A stretch of DNA of 64,000 bases from a virus, in IMG/VR virus record IMGVR_UViG_2974694417_000001, positions 60,580 to 124,579 of that record; one strand, given 5' to 3'. The notes under the pieces are model-generated. The model ran no database searches. It was not told where the DNA came from and was given only the letters and a program-made list of their open reading frames with translations. This document shows, one piece after another, positions 27,278 through 36,935 of this stretch. Both the position numbers and the translations under genes were made by a program. Position 1 is the stretch's first letter; every line of letters begins with the position of its first letter.

Positions 27278-27523
27278 ATGGCTAAAACAAAATTCTACGC
27301 ACTCTACAACGGTACTCGTAAAGAAAAAAATGTAGGAACTGAACGTGTCTTCGATAAGAAGTCTGGGAAACGTGTTCAAAAACAAGTTGAACGTGAAGTT
27401 TCTGTTGGAACTTCTTACGTGTTTGATTTGTTGTCTGAAACACGCATTGGTGCTCGTCAAGAAGCATTGGCAATTGCTCGTGAAGAAGGACTTAAATTTG
27501 CAGGTTTGCATTTGTATAAGTAA
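27278..27523 (+). CDS. Small basic hypothetical protein, monocistronic
   Basis: 81 aa, AAGGAG RBS, own promoter and terminator. Confidence 0.8.
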   Translation: MAKTKFYALYNGTRKEKNVGTERVFDKKSGKRVQKQVEREVSVGTSYVFDLLSETRIGARQEALAIAREEGLKFAGLHLYK

Positions 27524-27557
27524 AAAAAAAGAGAGAAATTAATTCTCTCTTTTTTTT
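27522..27557. terminator. Bidirectional intrinsic terminator at the junction of the two convergent arms
   Basis: A9-GAGAGAA-attaa-TTCTCTC-T8. Confidence 0.85.
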
Positions 27558-28219
27558 GCAATATTTTCAAGGTCTTTAAACATCTTATCAACATCAAATT
27601 CTTTAGGAACTTTTGCTTCTTTAACGATTGTCTTTTTAGCAGTCGTTTTCTTTTTAGTTCCAGTTGCTTTTTTCTTAGTGCCCTTCTTAGGCTTTTTCAG
27701 AGCTTCAATCTCTTTCTTAGTATAAGCTTTAGGCTTAGTCCATTCAAGTCCATTCTTGACGAGATAAGCGTATGCAACAGCCATTGCATCAGACTCATCA
27801 TCAGAATTAAATGTTATATTTAAATGTTTACTTAAGATGTCTGCAACTTCTTCTTTACTTGCATTTCCTTTATATAGCGTTTCACGTATTGTTTTTGCTG
27901 GATAATAAATATTGTCAACCTCAGAGAATACTAGGTTAAATATTCCATGAACACAGAACACTACCTGAGTAGATTTGTTAAATCGTGTGAATCCTCTTTC
28001 AATTACAGCGACACTGGGTGGATATTTTCTTGTAAGTTTGGTTAATTCTTCATAGATAAATCTTAATTTCTTTGGATTCCTCATTTCCTCTGGAAGATTC
28101 TTATAATCTTTGATGTTGTCCGTTCTTATACTGCCAACATATACTACCTCTTTAGTATCTTTGTCTATAATAACAATGCCAGAGTTCTTCAACGAAGGGT
28201 CTAGTCCATATATATACAT
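27539..28219 (-). CDS. ruvC: RuvC-like Holliday junction resolvase with Lys-rich C-terminal tail
   Basis: IYGLDPSL..SG, AVIE, SDDESDAMAVA catalytic acidic motifs. Confidence 0.85.
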   Translation of the reverse strand: MYIYGLDPSLKNSGIVIIDKDTKEVVYVGSIRTDNIKDYKNLPEEMRNPKKLRFIYEELTKLTRKYPPSVAVIERGFTRFNKSTQVVFCVHGIFNLVFSEVDNIYYPAKTIRETLYKGNASKEEVADILSKHLNITFNSDDESDAMAVAYAYLVKNGLEWTKPKAYTKKEIEALKKPKKGTKKKATGTKKKTTAKKTIVKEAKVPKEFDVDKMFKDLENIAKKREN

Positions 28220-28272
28220 AAATAACTCCTTAACTCAAAAAATGGTGAGTATTTCACCCACCATGTTAAATC

Positions 28273-28680
28273 TTATTCTTTAATTTTATCTGCAACTTCT
28301 GATGCTGTAACATTTGCCTGAATAGATGGAGCTTCAAATTTTACTGTCTCTGTCATACCTTTTTTAAAGTTAGCGACAGATGCTTCAATCAACATGTTCA
28401 ATTCAGCGTCTGTAATTTTGATTCCTTTTTCAGATAGAATTTCAAGAGCTTTATTTTTCGCTTCATTATATTTAGTTTGATTATCAGCTTCATTAAATAC
28501 TTGTTGAACATATTTTACAGCAAGGTCTACAATTGTTTTATTTGCATCTAACTTAGCTTTGATTGCATATTTATCTGCAACTCGTTGTACTTGTATTCCT
28601 GCAATTTTTGCAAGATATCCAATAATAGCTACCAATAGAGCTAAGAGTATTGGTGTGATTGCTTGTACTAATTCATTCAT
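28273..28680 (-). CDS. Holin (LL-H family-like)
   Basis: Single N-terminal TM, then AVKYVQQ...KYNEA...LIEASV pattern. Confidence 0.7.
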   Translation of the reverse strand: MNELVQAITPILLALLVAIIGYLAKIAGIQVQRVADKYAIKAKLDANKTIVDLAVKYVQQVFNEADNQTKYNEAKNKALEILSEKGIKITDAELNMLIEASVANFKKGMTETVKFEAPSIQANVTASEVADKIKE

Positions 28681-28820
28681 TATTTATTTTCTCCTTTTTC
28701 AACTTTTATTTCATCAATTCTTTTAATCACTTGTTCTTTGAACATTGCTGGGACTTTTTCAAGTTTCCATCGACCTGCAATAATACTTGTTGCATATAAT
28801 TCGATAATTGCTTTGTACAT
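28680..28820 (-). CDS. XkdX-like small tail-associated protein, 46 aa (absent from ORF track)
   Basis: MYKAIIELYATSIIAGRWKLEKVPAMFKEQV...; GGAG RBS; TAATG overlap with the holin. Confidence 0.65.
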   Translation of the reverse strand: MYKAIIELYATSIIAGRWKLEKVPAMFKEQVIKRIDEIKVEKGENK

Positions 28821-28822
28821 AT

Positions 28823-29113
28823 TTATTCTCCTTTACTGTTAGAAATTAACCCTAGAGCTTCCATGAGAGCTACTTCATTATTTCCTAATCTAAATGACAA
28901 ATCTTTAATTGTTTCGTCTTGTTGTTTGATAATTGAATCTTTATCTTCAATCCATTTACTTATTGTATAGTCCCACTTAGGAAACTTCATATCTTCTGGT
29001 GGTGCTTCGTTAAGTAGAGTTCCATTGAGTGGTACTCCGTCTGGCACTTCATATGTTTTATAGAATTTACCAGTTGTTTCATCGGGTTTTGTTAACGGTT
29101 CATATACTTGCAT
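28823..29113 (-). CDS. Putative tail fibre assembly chaperone
   Basis: PPEDMKFPKWD...WIED followed by a short coiled coil; directly downstream of the RBP. Confidence 0.55.
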   Translation of the reverse strand: MQVYEPLTKPDETTGKFYKTYEVPDGVPLNGTLLNEAPPEDMKFPKWDYTISKWIEDKDSIIKQQDETIKDLSFRLGNNEVALMEALGLISNSKGE

Positions 29114-29127
29114 CTTAATCTCTCTTT

Positions 29128-30918
29128 CTATTGTGGTAATGGGTCACGTGTGTACCACATTGCCCCTGTCATTAACATTGCGTCTTCTGTATTCTTAAAT
29201 CCCCCGTTGAAAAGAAACATATCTGACATTCTTCCATCTGATAGAAGTTGTAACCTGAAAACTTTATCTCCGTTACGTGCTGTCCTTAAAAATCCTGCAA
29301 CGTCAACTGTCCATGGTGGGCGATATCCATAAGGTATTGTTTCTGTTGCATATGCTCCACCTGATAATAATGCACCAGCAGGTTTAACATAAGAAGCATT
29401 AAAAGCACCATCTATCCAACAGAAGTTTCCCACTCGGTTAACATAGCTACCATTCTCACAATAAGGAAACTTAATAGCTACACGATGGACTGGTTGTTCA
29501 AATCCTTTTAATACCTTTAAATAGTCTATCGCTGATGTTCCAGAAACTTGGAAATTTTCTTTACCCTCTTCAAATACTTTCCCTACTGACGCACCAGTTG
29601 TACCCCAAGACATAGGAACTTGTGCAACAGGAATAACTGTAGTTGATACAGTTGACATAAATTCATCGTACATTGTAATTCTAATATTATATACTTTATC
29701 TATATCTATCGCATCTTTAACTATTTTTCCTCCCCAATGTTCCTGAGTAGCACTGCTATTTTGCTCTAATAAAATCCAACTTTTATTTATCGGTTGATAT
29801 TCTATTTTATACCCCATAACATTATCAACGCTAATTGCTTTTGAAGTGCCTGACCATGTGATATCTACAATTTCTTGAGCATCTTTTCTTCTTAGAGCGG
29901 ATATCGTAGTTGTTGGGTTTCTATAAGGTGCTAGATTGATAGTCTTAGATGATGTAGCTTTATATCCACGGCTATCAGTCACAGTGACTACGATATTTAA
30001 GTTTCCAGATTCTGCAACAAACCCTGAAACTATAGAGCTTCCTGTATATGTTGCATTACCAACTTTAGTTTCAATCTTTGAAATAGTGCTGTACATTTTA
30101 GAACTAGCATTTGTAGCAACTTTTAATTTTGACTTAGATTGAACATAGACAGCGCCCACTGACGTGGTTACTGATGGGTTTCCTTCTGATATCGTAAACC
30201 CATGAATAACTGGTTGAAATCTACTATCATTAACCGTATTTATTGTTAACCTTGCACTAGAAGAACCTATTTTTGTTCCACCACTATAGGTGTCACAGAT
30301 TATCGTTCCCCAGCCAGAAGTTCCATTCGGAATATACCTCGACAAATCTATGCTTGGGGTAAAATCATAATCAACATAATTAATTTTGCTTGCAAAAGTA
30401 TTATTGCTACTTGAAAACTTAAATGTTAATGTATGAGTAAATCTTCCACTAGCCCTATTGATATGTATTCTTGTTTTTTCTCCAAATTTAATTGTTGATG
30501 GATGAATAGATATTGAACTTGTACGGGGAATAGTGTTTAATGTACCAAATCCCTCCCAGACTGTAGTACCATAGTAAACTCCTGCAAAAGTAACATTCAC
30601 ATTATAGCTACATGTTACTTTAAAATCTTTTGTTCCGTCTGCATTGTGACCTACGACCCAGTTAGCGGCAAAGAGAAGTTTCTTTTGATTAGCAGACAAA
30701 TCAGATGTTGCTGTGAAATTTTTTCTCTCTCCATTTAGTGTTACATACCCCTGATTGACCGCAGGAGCATACATAGCTCCATATTGGTCTACAGATTGTA
30801 AAAATACTTTACATGTAACTGTACTGTTATTGCTTGGAATACTTTGAAATGCTATATTCCATTCATAAATTAGTCGATGTCTTGCAAAGGCATGTGTACC
30901 TGAGCCAATTGAAGCCAT
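29128..30918 (-). CDS. Baseplate/receptor-binding protein (DUF859-like N-terminus)
   Basis: SIPSNNSTVTCK, LNTIPRTS, FTHTLTF, Ig-like middle, C-terminal RVGN...IPYGYRP head domain. Confidence 0.75.
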   Translation of the reverse strand: MASIGSGTHAFARHRLIYEWNIAFQSIPSNNSTVTCKVFLQSVDQYGAMYAPAVNQGYVTLNGERKNFTATSDLSANQKKLLFAANWVVGHNADGTKDFKVTCSYNVNVTFAGVYYGTTVWEGFGTLNTIPRTSSISIHPSTIKFGEKTRIHINRASGRFTHTLTFKFSSSNNTFASKINYVDYDFTPSIDLSRYIPNGTSGWGTIICDTYSGGTKIGSSSARLTINTVNDSRFQPVIHGFTISEGNPSVTTSVGAVYVQSKSKLKVATNASSKMYSTISKIETKVGNATYTGSSIVSGFVAESGNLNIVVTVTDSRGYKATSSKTINLAPYRNPTTTISALRRKDAQEIVDITWSGTSKAISVDNVMGYKIEYQPINKSWILLEQNSSATQEHWGGKIVKDAIDIDKVYNIRITMYDEFMSTVSTTVIPVAQVPMSWGTTGASVGKVFEEGKENFQVSGTSAIDYLKVLKGFEQPVHRVAIKFPYCENGSYVNRVGNFCWIDGAFNASYVKPAGALLSGGAYATETIPYGYRPPWTVDVAGFLRTARNGDKVFRLQLLSDGRMSDMFLFNGGFKNTEDAMLMTGAMWYTRDPLPQ

Positions 30919-33900
30919 TAAGTAATTCCTCCTACATATCTTATAATTGTTACTGGTGATTCATTTGAGAATTTAGTAATTAAGTGATTACCTATTGTTG
31001 CTGATTCAAGGAAGACCCCTTTTTGGATATTAAGAACCTCTCCTGTAATAAACGCTACATCAACGTTATTATCCCAGAATACAATTTTATCACTTGTTAC
31101 TTGAATTGCCATTTTAGATTGTTCGTTGGAAATGAACATCCCTTCTTCACTAAATGTAAATGATTCATTAATGAAGTTCCATTTGACTTTCATTCTATCG
31201 TAGAATCCTTCAACAATAGTTGTTCTATCATTTACATTATTTATATCTTCTTTGTTTTGAGTTGAAACATCTTGAAGATTGTTAATTGTAGTTTGATAAT
31301 CGTGTTCTAACCAAGAGGTGTAATCTTCATTAGAGACTGCATTTTGAGCTTGGACTAGGGCATCATTAACTGTATCAGCAACCGATGCTAAATCATCGAG
31401 TCCTGCTTTACTTGATAGACCATTATCAGAACTAGCTTGAACATACCTTGGATTTAATTGCCATCTATAATCTGATGGATTTTGAGAGTCTTTTTCTCCA
31501 ACACCAACATACATAGGTATTGCATTTTGCCATTGTTCTTGAGCTTCGCTTTGGCTTGGTGTCCTAGGGGTGGCGATTGAGCCTTCTTCTATCTTTAAGT
31601 CCCATATACTAAATGTACCTACTTTATTAACAAACCCATTAATATATAGTTGTTGGTCTGACTCACTTGGAATACTAGAACTGGTTCTTAGTTGAATAAC
31701 AACTTTTTGGTCTCCATTGCTAGATAAAATTGTAGGATTATTAAGTCGATTAACAAAATTATGTTGAGCTGGGGCATTGGCGAATAATACACCAGGTTTT
31801 ATATCTGTTGATACGTTTGCCATGAAGCTTAGTACATAATCAGTATCAGGCTTAAATTTATCCTTTTGAAGACCTGAAAACATATAAACAGCCCAATTAG
31901 TAGAAGCTCTGGTGTAAGTAAAATTATATTTATAGCCACTATTAAAAGGTACATATTGTGCCGTGTATGCACCATTTCCGCCCAGTAGCCAACTTTTATC
32001 ATTTGAATTACTTCCTTCTAACAAATTCAAACTAGGATAAACAGTACTGAATCTATCAACCCCATCTGCACTCCAAGAATAAGCAGTATACGCATTTGAA
32101 TCCTGTCCTTTGAATATTGCCCATTGATATTTACTGTAGTCTAAGCTTGATTCAACATTATCATCTGAATATGTTCCGATATAACTCGGATAATCACTAG
32201 TTTTTACTTCACTTTCACTAAGCATGTATGGAGTAGCAATTGAACCTTTTGTAAAAAGAAAATTAGATATAGTTAGCACGCTGTCAGTTGGTAAATTGTC
32301 AAGCCTTACTTGCACACCATTAGCTATTCCTGACAAAAAACTAGAGTCTACAACGAAACTAAATTCGCTATGACCACTCTTGTTTTCGCTTGTGATTGAT
32401 ATTATTTTGGATAGATACTGCCAATTAAACTCATTAAGTTGAACTAAAAAACTACCGCTAGTTGGATTAGTAACCGTCCAGTCAAATGTACAAGTAAGGG
32501 TATCTCCGACCGATAAACCTTGATTTTGTACATTTTTACCGTTATCAAATTGCCACAACAGTTCTCTCTGGTTAGTTTCATTTTTTCCAGTCCGTGAGAT
32601 AGGAACTCTCGTTCCTTTCAACAAATTCAAGTTCGGATAAACCGTAGTGAAACCATCTTTTCCGTCAGCAGACCATGAATATGCGGTGTGAGTATATGCT
32701 TTATTTCTATCAATAATAACTGGCAAGATTTGTTCGTCAATTAAATTAAGTGTGCTTCCTGCAAGATAAAATTGTAATTTTACATGTGTTATATCATTAT
32801 CGAATGGTTTATATGTTACTATAGATTCATCGGAAGATGAAGTGTATTTAAGAAAATAATTCAACCCACCGTCTTTTGATTCATAAATTTTATATCTACC
32901 CAGATATTCTGTTGTACTTCCACCTACTAATTCTTGATTCCCTATTACAGTTATCGGTGTATTTACCCATTCGTTATAAGGTGTTTTTCGTAGAGAATCA
33001 GAAGTCATCATCCAACGATTTATGTTTCCTGATATATCTCGATATTTTTTTATTTTAAACTCTTTTTTTAGAGTTTCTTTTCCTAAGGTTGCAACTATAA
33101 CTATCGTTTCAGAATCAGTTTTTGTTGATAAAACTTTTACTGTATTTTTTGAAACTGTATAAACTACATTGTTATTTCTCTCTACAGAGAAAGTCCAATT
33201 ACTTGTATCTAAGACACCATCTCTATATACATTCATTTCTGTTGAAGCATAGTCATAATTTCCTGATGAACCATTAGGGTCTGTGAAAATTGTAATGAAG
33301 TCGTTTGATAAAGTTGAAACTATATTTCCTTTTAGATGAGCTACATCATCTTCTGTAACAAGATTAGAGTTAGCTCCAATTGTAACTTTCTTATTAAGTT
33401 TTATTTCACCTGTATTAAGGTCAATGATGATTCCATCATCTTTTCCTTTAATAACACCTGCATTCATTACTAAGTCAGCATTGAACTCTGTTTTACTATT
33501 AATCTCTAATAGCTTACCATCAATCTTGACACCCCCCTCAGAGAGATTTAATGCAGTAACAACATTATCATTTTTTACATAGTTCAAAGAAATTCCAGTT
33601 TCAAGAGTTTTTATTTCAGACTTAGTATAATCAAATGATATAATTGATTCTAATGCTTGTTTCTTTTTATCATAATTGATAAACTTCTCTTTAAACACTT
33701 CTGGGTCAATCGTTGTTGTTTTTGTGATGTTAGAATCATCTAAGATTGAATATCCATCTAATTGTTTTGTTTGATTTAAATATTTATTCAAATCTTCATA
33801 TGCTATAACATAATCATTATACTCATCAGGATAAGGATTTTCTTTAGTAGGTTTTCCTCTTCCTTTCATGAAAGAAGAAATCATAGAGCTGTGTATATCT

Positions 33901-36011
33901 GTAATTTTAGTCCATTGATTCTTTAATTGTTTCTTTTCATACTCATTGATTAAATTATCATTTGCAATCTCATCATAAGTAAGTAATAATTTATTCCATG
34001 ATTCGATAACATTCTTAGGGTTTCCCTCATGACCACTCATGATTTTAATTGAATCCATATTAACTGTCAGACCAGTATTGTCAATTACAAAGCTACCTGA
34101 ATCGTTTGTAATAATAAGATTATTACCTGCTAAAATTTTACCGATAAGTGTTTCAGCAATAACTCCATTAGGTGTAATTGATGTATTCCATGTCTTACCA
34201 TTGTCTTTAGAAAGAGCTACGACACCTGATTGAATAATAATTACTTCGTTTGGAAAATCTGGGTTACGAACCATCATACCATGATTATCAAGAGTGATTG
34301 ATTCATTTGCACCAGCGACAATGCGATTATCAACCGCTTTAATTTCTTTATCTCTCCAAGCTGTAACTTCATCTTTAACTTCTACAATATTATTCCATTT
34401 GTATTTGTTATTTTCTAAGATTGAAGACGACGACTCTGCTTGATAAATGATTGTTGCTAATCTATCAAGAGCATCAATATCATCCATATTGTCAGATATT
34501 TCAAGTTGGAAATCACCAGAAATTAAATCGCCACTATAACCAATAATAATTGATGTATATTCTTCTTCTAATTTATTAGATTTAATCTTGACTTCTTCAC
34601 CAATTTCTAATCTTCCATGATACTTCTTAGATTCAATAGAATTAATGAACGATGCTAAATCTGTTTTAAATGAGCGTGTTGGTTTTTGATATTTCTCAAA
34701 TTCATCTACGGTTGCTTTATATAGTTCTTTTGCATCAATATATCTATCATCTGAGAAATCTTTCTCATAAACAAATAGTTTTAACTCTTCAACTAAATCT
34801 GTTCTAAAAGAGTTTGTTGAGATAATTTCTTGATAATCAACTATTGTCTTATTCCAAACTTCAATAGTTTTATTTATAGAATCAATTTCTGAGTTTTTGT
34901 CATCAACTTGTTTTTGTTTTGCAATGATTTCAGACTCTCTTTGAGCGGTCAAAGATTTATTGTTTGTTGACTTTGCAGTATCCAACAGGGCTTGCAGAGT
35001 AATCATTTCTCCATCAAGGTCAGCTTTTTCAGACATTTTTTTCGTTAAATCAACATATCCTTGATTGATTAATTTTTGTAGATTATCAATTTTTGGATTA
35101 TAGACTTTTTGTAATTCCATTAAATCCAATAAAGCATGAGCTAAATCATCAGACATATAGTCTGAATGGTGTAATACATTTTTATGTTCATCACGCTTAA
35201 ATGGTTGTATGAAATATGAAAAATCTTCAATATATCTCATGCCAGTTGGATTAGCAGATGAAATATCTAAATCTTCATTCCCTTTTGCATACATTCTTGT
35301 AACTATTTCTTCTGATGTTGATGAAATATCTATAGAATTTGCATAGTTTTCACGTTTAAGAATAACACCACGAAAAACTCTTAATTCATCAATTGTTAAA
35401 AGATTTAATGTTCGTGTTTCTCCATCAAAATCGGTTATTGCTCCATAAGCTTCAATACCACTTTGAATAGCTTCATATCTTGTTTGCTTATCTTGTTCTG
35501 AAAATGTTCTATATGTATTTTTTAATTTATTTGAAACATGTCCTAATTTCCAAGGTGACTGTTCAAGAGTTTTTTTGAAATATTCTTCTGCCCCAATACC
35601 TGTTCCATCTATCGTAACATTTGTTGTTCTAAGTTCACTCTCTAAACTATCACAGGATATTTTAGTTGTAATTCCGTCACTTGAATCATTTTTTTCAATG
35701 GTTATGATTCTAAACCAATTTACTCTACCTCCATACCACGTTAATTTAATCAGTTTTTCTTCTTTGATGCTATCTAAGTCAGGATTTTTGATGTATTCAA
35801 TCTCATCAGCAATACCTTTACTTTTAGATTCTACCAAATAAGGTATTTCAAATTCAAAATGTGGGAGTGAGTTTAGTTTAACATCTGATATATTAGCTGT
35901 GTTAATATTTGAGATGTTCTGTGTTATGACTTTACTAGGAAGAGCAAGTTGAACCTTAAATGGTCTCTTACTTCTAGTTAGGTCTAGGTCTAACCCTAAA
36001 TCTTTCAACAT
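30918..36011 (-). CDS. Tal / host-specificity tail protein, 1697 aa, with two carbohydrate-binding-like modules
   Basis: Phage minor-structural N-terminus (ITRMYAKG), coiled coils, GITPNGVIA..LIG, two YSWSADG...NLL...EGSIATP modules. Confidence 0.8.
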   Translation of the reverse strand: MLKDLGLDLDLTRSKRPFKVQLALPSKVITQNISNINTANISDVKLNSLPHFEFEIPYLVESKSKGIADEIEYIKNPDLDSIKEEKLIKLTWYGGRVNWFRIITIEKNDSSDGITTKISCDSLESELRTTNVTIDGTGIGAEEYFKKTLEQSPWKLGHVSNKLKNTYRTFSEQDKQTRYEAIQSGIEAYGAITDFDGETRTLNLLTIDELRVFRGVILKRENYANSIDISSTSEEIVTRMYAKGNEDLDISSANPTGMRYIEDFSYFIQPFKRDEHKNVLHHSDYMSDDLAHALLDLMELQKVYNPKIDNLQKLINQGYVDLTKKMSEKADLDGEMITLQALLDTAKSTNNKSLTAQRESEIIAKQKQVDDKNSEIDSINKTIEVWNKTIVDYQEIISTNSFRTDLVEELKLFVYEKDFSDDRYIDAKELYKATVDEFEKYQKPTRSFKTDLASFINSIESKKYHGRLEIGEEVKIKSNKLEEEYTSIIIGYSGDLISGDFQLEISDNMDDIDALDRLATIIYQAESSSSILENNKYKWNNIVEVKDEVTAWRDKEIKAVDNRIVAGANESITLDNHGMMVRNPDFPNEVIIIQSGVVALSKDNGKTWNTSITPNGVIAETLIGKILAGNNLIITNDSGSFVIDNTGLTVNMDSIKIMSGHEGNPKNVIESWNKLLLTYDEIANDNLINEYEKKQLKNQWTKITDIHSSMISSFMKGRGKPTKENPYPDEYNDYVIAYEDLNKYLNQTKQLDGYSILDDSNITKTTTIDPEVFKEKFINYDKKKQALESIISFDYTKSEIKTLETGISLNYVKNDNVVTALNLSEGGVKIDGKLLEINSKTEFNADLVMNAGVIKGKDDGIIIDLNTGEIKLNKKVTIGANSNLVTEDDVAHLKGNIVSTLSNDFITIFTDPNGSSGNYDYASTEMNVYRDGVLDTSNWTFSVERNNNVVYTVSKNTVKVLSTKTDSETIVIVATLGKETLKKEFKIKKYRDISGNINRWMMTSDSLRKTPYNEWVNTPITVIGNQELVGGSTTEYLGRYKIYESKDGGLNYFLKYTSSSDESIVTYKPFDNDITHVKLQFYLAGSTLNLIDEQILPVIIDRNKAYTHTAYSWSADGKDGFTTVYPNLNLLKGTRVPISRTGKNETNQRELLWQFDNGKNVQNQGLSVGDTLTCTFDWTVTNPTSGSFLVQLNEFNWQYLSKIISITSENKSGHSEFSFVVDSSFLSGIANGVQVRLDNLPTDSVLTISNFLFTKGSIATPYMLSESEVKTSDYPSYIGTYSDDNVESSLDYSKYQWAIFKGQDSNAYTAYSWSADGVDRFSTVYPSLNLLEGSNSNDKSWLLGGNGAYTAQYVPFNSGYKYNFTYTRASTNWAVYMFSGLQKDKFKPDTDYVLSFMANVSTDIKPGVLFANAPAQHNFVNRLNNPTILSSNGDQKVVIQLRTSSSIPSESDQQLYINGFVNKVGTFSIWDLKIEEGSIATPRTPSQSEAQEQWQNAIPMYVGVGEKDSQNPSDYRWQLNPRYVQASSDNGLSSKAGLDDLASVADTVNDALVQAQNAVSNEDYTSWLEHDYQTTINNLQDVSTQNKEDINNVNDRTTIVEGFYDRMKVKWNFINESFTFSEEGMFISNEQSKMAIQVTSDKIVFWDNNVDVAFITGEVLNIQKGVFLESATIGNHLITKFSNESPVTIIRYVGGIT
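31455..32699 (-). repeat. Two tandem modules in Tal with conserved borders and divergent cores
   Basis: AYTHTAYSWSADGKDGFTTVYPNLNLL (from 32699) versus AYTAYSWSADGVDRFSTVYPSLNLL (from 32093); both end in GSIATP...Y(I/V)G...Y.W. Confidence 0.75.
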
Positions 36012-36046
36012 AGTGTTTACTCCTCTATATATTTCCTTTATACTCT

Positions 36047-36075
36047 ATTATACCATAATTTTTAACAAAGCGCAA
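36047..36075 (-). promoter_or_regulatory. Late-arm promoter, TTGCGC-17-TGgTATAAT, upstream of tal
   Basis: Reverse complement reads TTGCGC tttgttaaaaattatgg TATAAT; same design at 50308-50336. Confidence 0.75.
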
Positions 36076-36093
36076 GTGAAAAGTTATATATAT

Positions 36094-36125
36094 AAAAAAA
36101 AATAAGATGCCTAAGCATCTTATTT
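36094..36125 (-). terminator. Intrinsic terminator after dit
   Basis: AAATAAGATGC-ttag-GCATCTTATTT followed by a long T run on the minus strand. Confidence 0.8.
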
Positions 36126-36884
36126 AATATAGTATGGTTGATAGGTAATAATGACCTTGAGGTTTTGACTTGCTGGGGCACTAACTGTATTTACCTTTTT
36201 CAAAAAACTTAATTTAGATAAATCTCCTACATAATCTGAGTAATGATATATGTTATCTAAATTACTAGAAATTTCTTCCTCGTAGGGATTTATTGTAACA
36301 ATTTCATTTGCTTTCAAATTCTTTATCTGTAGTGTATATCCATTTACCGTTATTGAATATGTTCCATCTTTTAATGGATATAAATCAATATTCATCTCTG
36401 GATTTATTTTACCATCCAACGTAATACTAATTGAATCCTTGCTTGCCCCTTTTTCAAAAGACAAAATATTTCCATACACATATGGGGAGTTCGTTATCAT
36501 AGAAACAACTATATAACCTCTTCCAGTCCCTGTATGTACTATCCTAGATTCTCCGTTTGGCATTGCATAGACAAATTTATTCAATCCTTCAAATTGCAAT
36601 TTACTGTAGTACTCTTTACCATAGAGCCAATCAATTACTTTGTTGATTAATTCATCTGTGAAATCTTTCTCGAAAGCCAAATTTAATTCAAATGACAAAT
36701 CTTCATAAGTCACACCATTAAATAGTGATTTTCGCACATCTTTCACCGTCTCTGAATTGACAGTTCGATTTGCAACAAATGTCTCGTCAAACATTCCGTT
36801 ATCCATAGAAACGTTTATAATTCCAAATTCGCTAGTATTCTTTCCGTTGTATGTAAAACTCATCTTATCTTTGATAGTGTTCAT
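36120..36884 (-). CDS. Distal tail protein (Dit)
   Basis: SFTYNGKNTSEFGI..., YMITNSPY; position between TMP and Tal. Confidence 0.8.
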   Translation of the reverse strand: MNTIKDKMSFTYNGKNTSEFGIINVSMDNGMFDETFVANRTVNSETVKDVRKSLFNGVTYEDLSFELNLAFEKDFTDELINKVIDWLYGKEYYSKLQFEGLNKFVYAMPNGESRIVHTGTGRGYIVVSMITNSPYVYGNILSFEKGASKDSISITLDGKINPEMNIDLYPLKDGTYSITVNGYTLQIKNLKANEIVTINPYEEEISSNLDNIYHYSDYVGDLSKLSFLKKVNTVSAPASQNLKVIITYQPYYIK

Positions 36885-36935
36885 TTTACCAACTTTCTAT
36901 AAAAATAATTGAAGGGTGGGTTACACCCTATCCAA

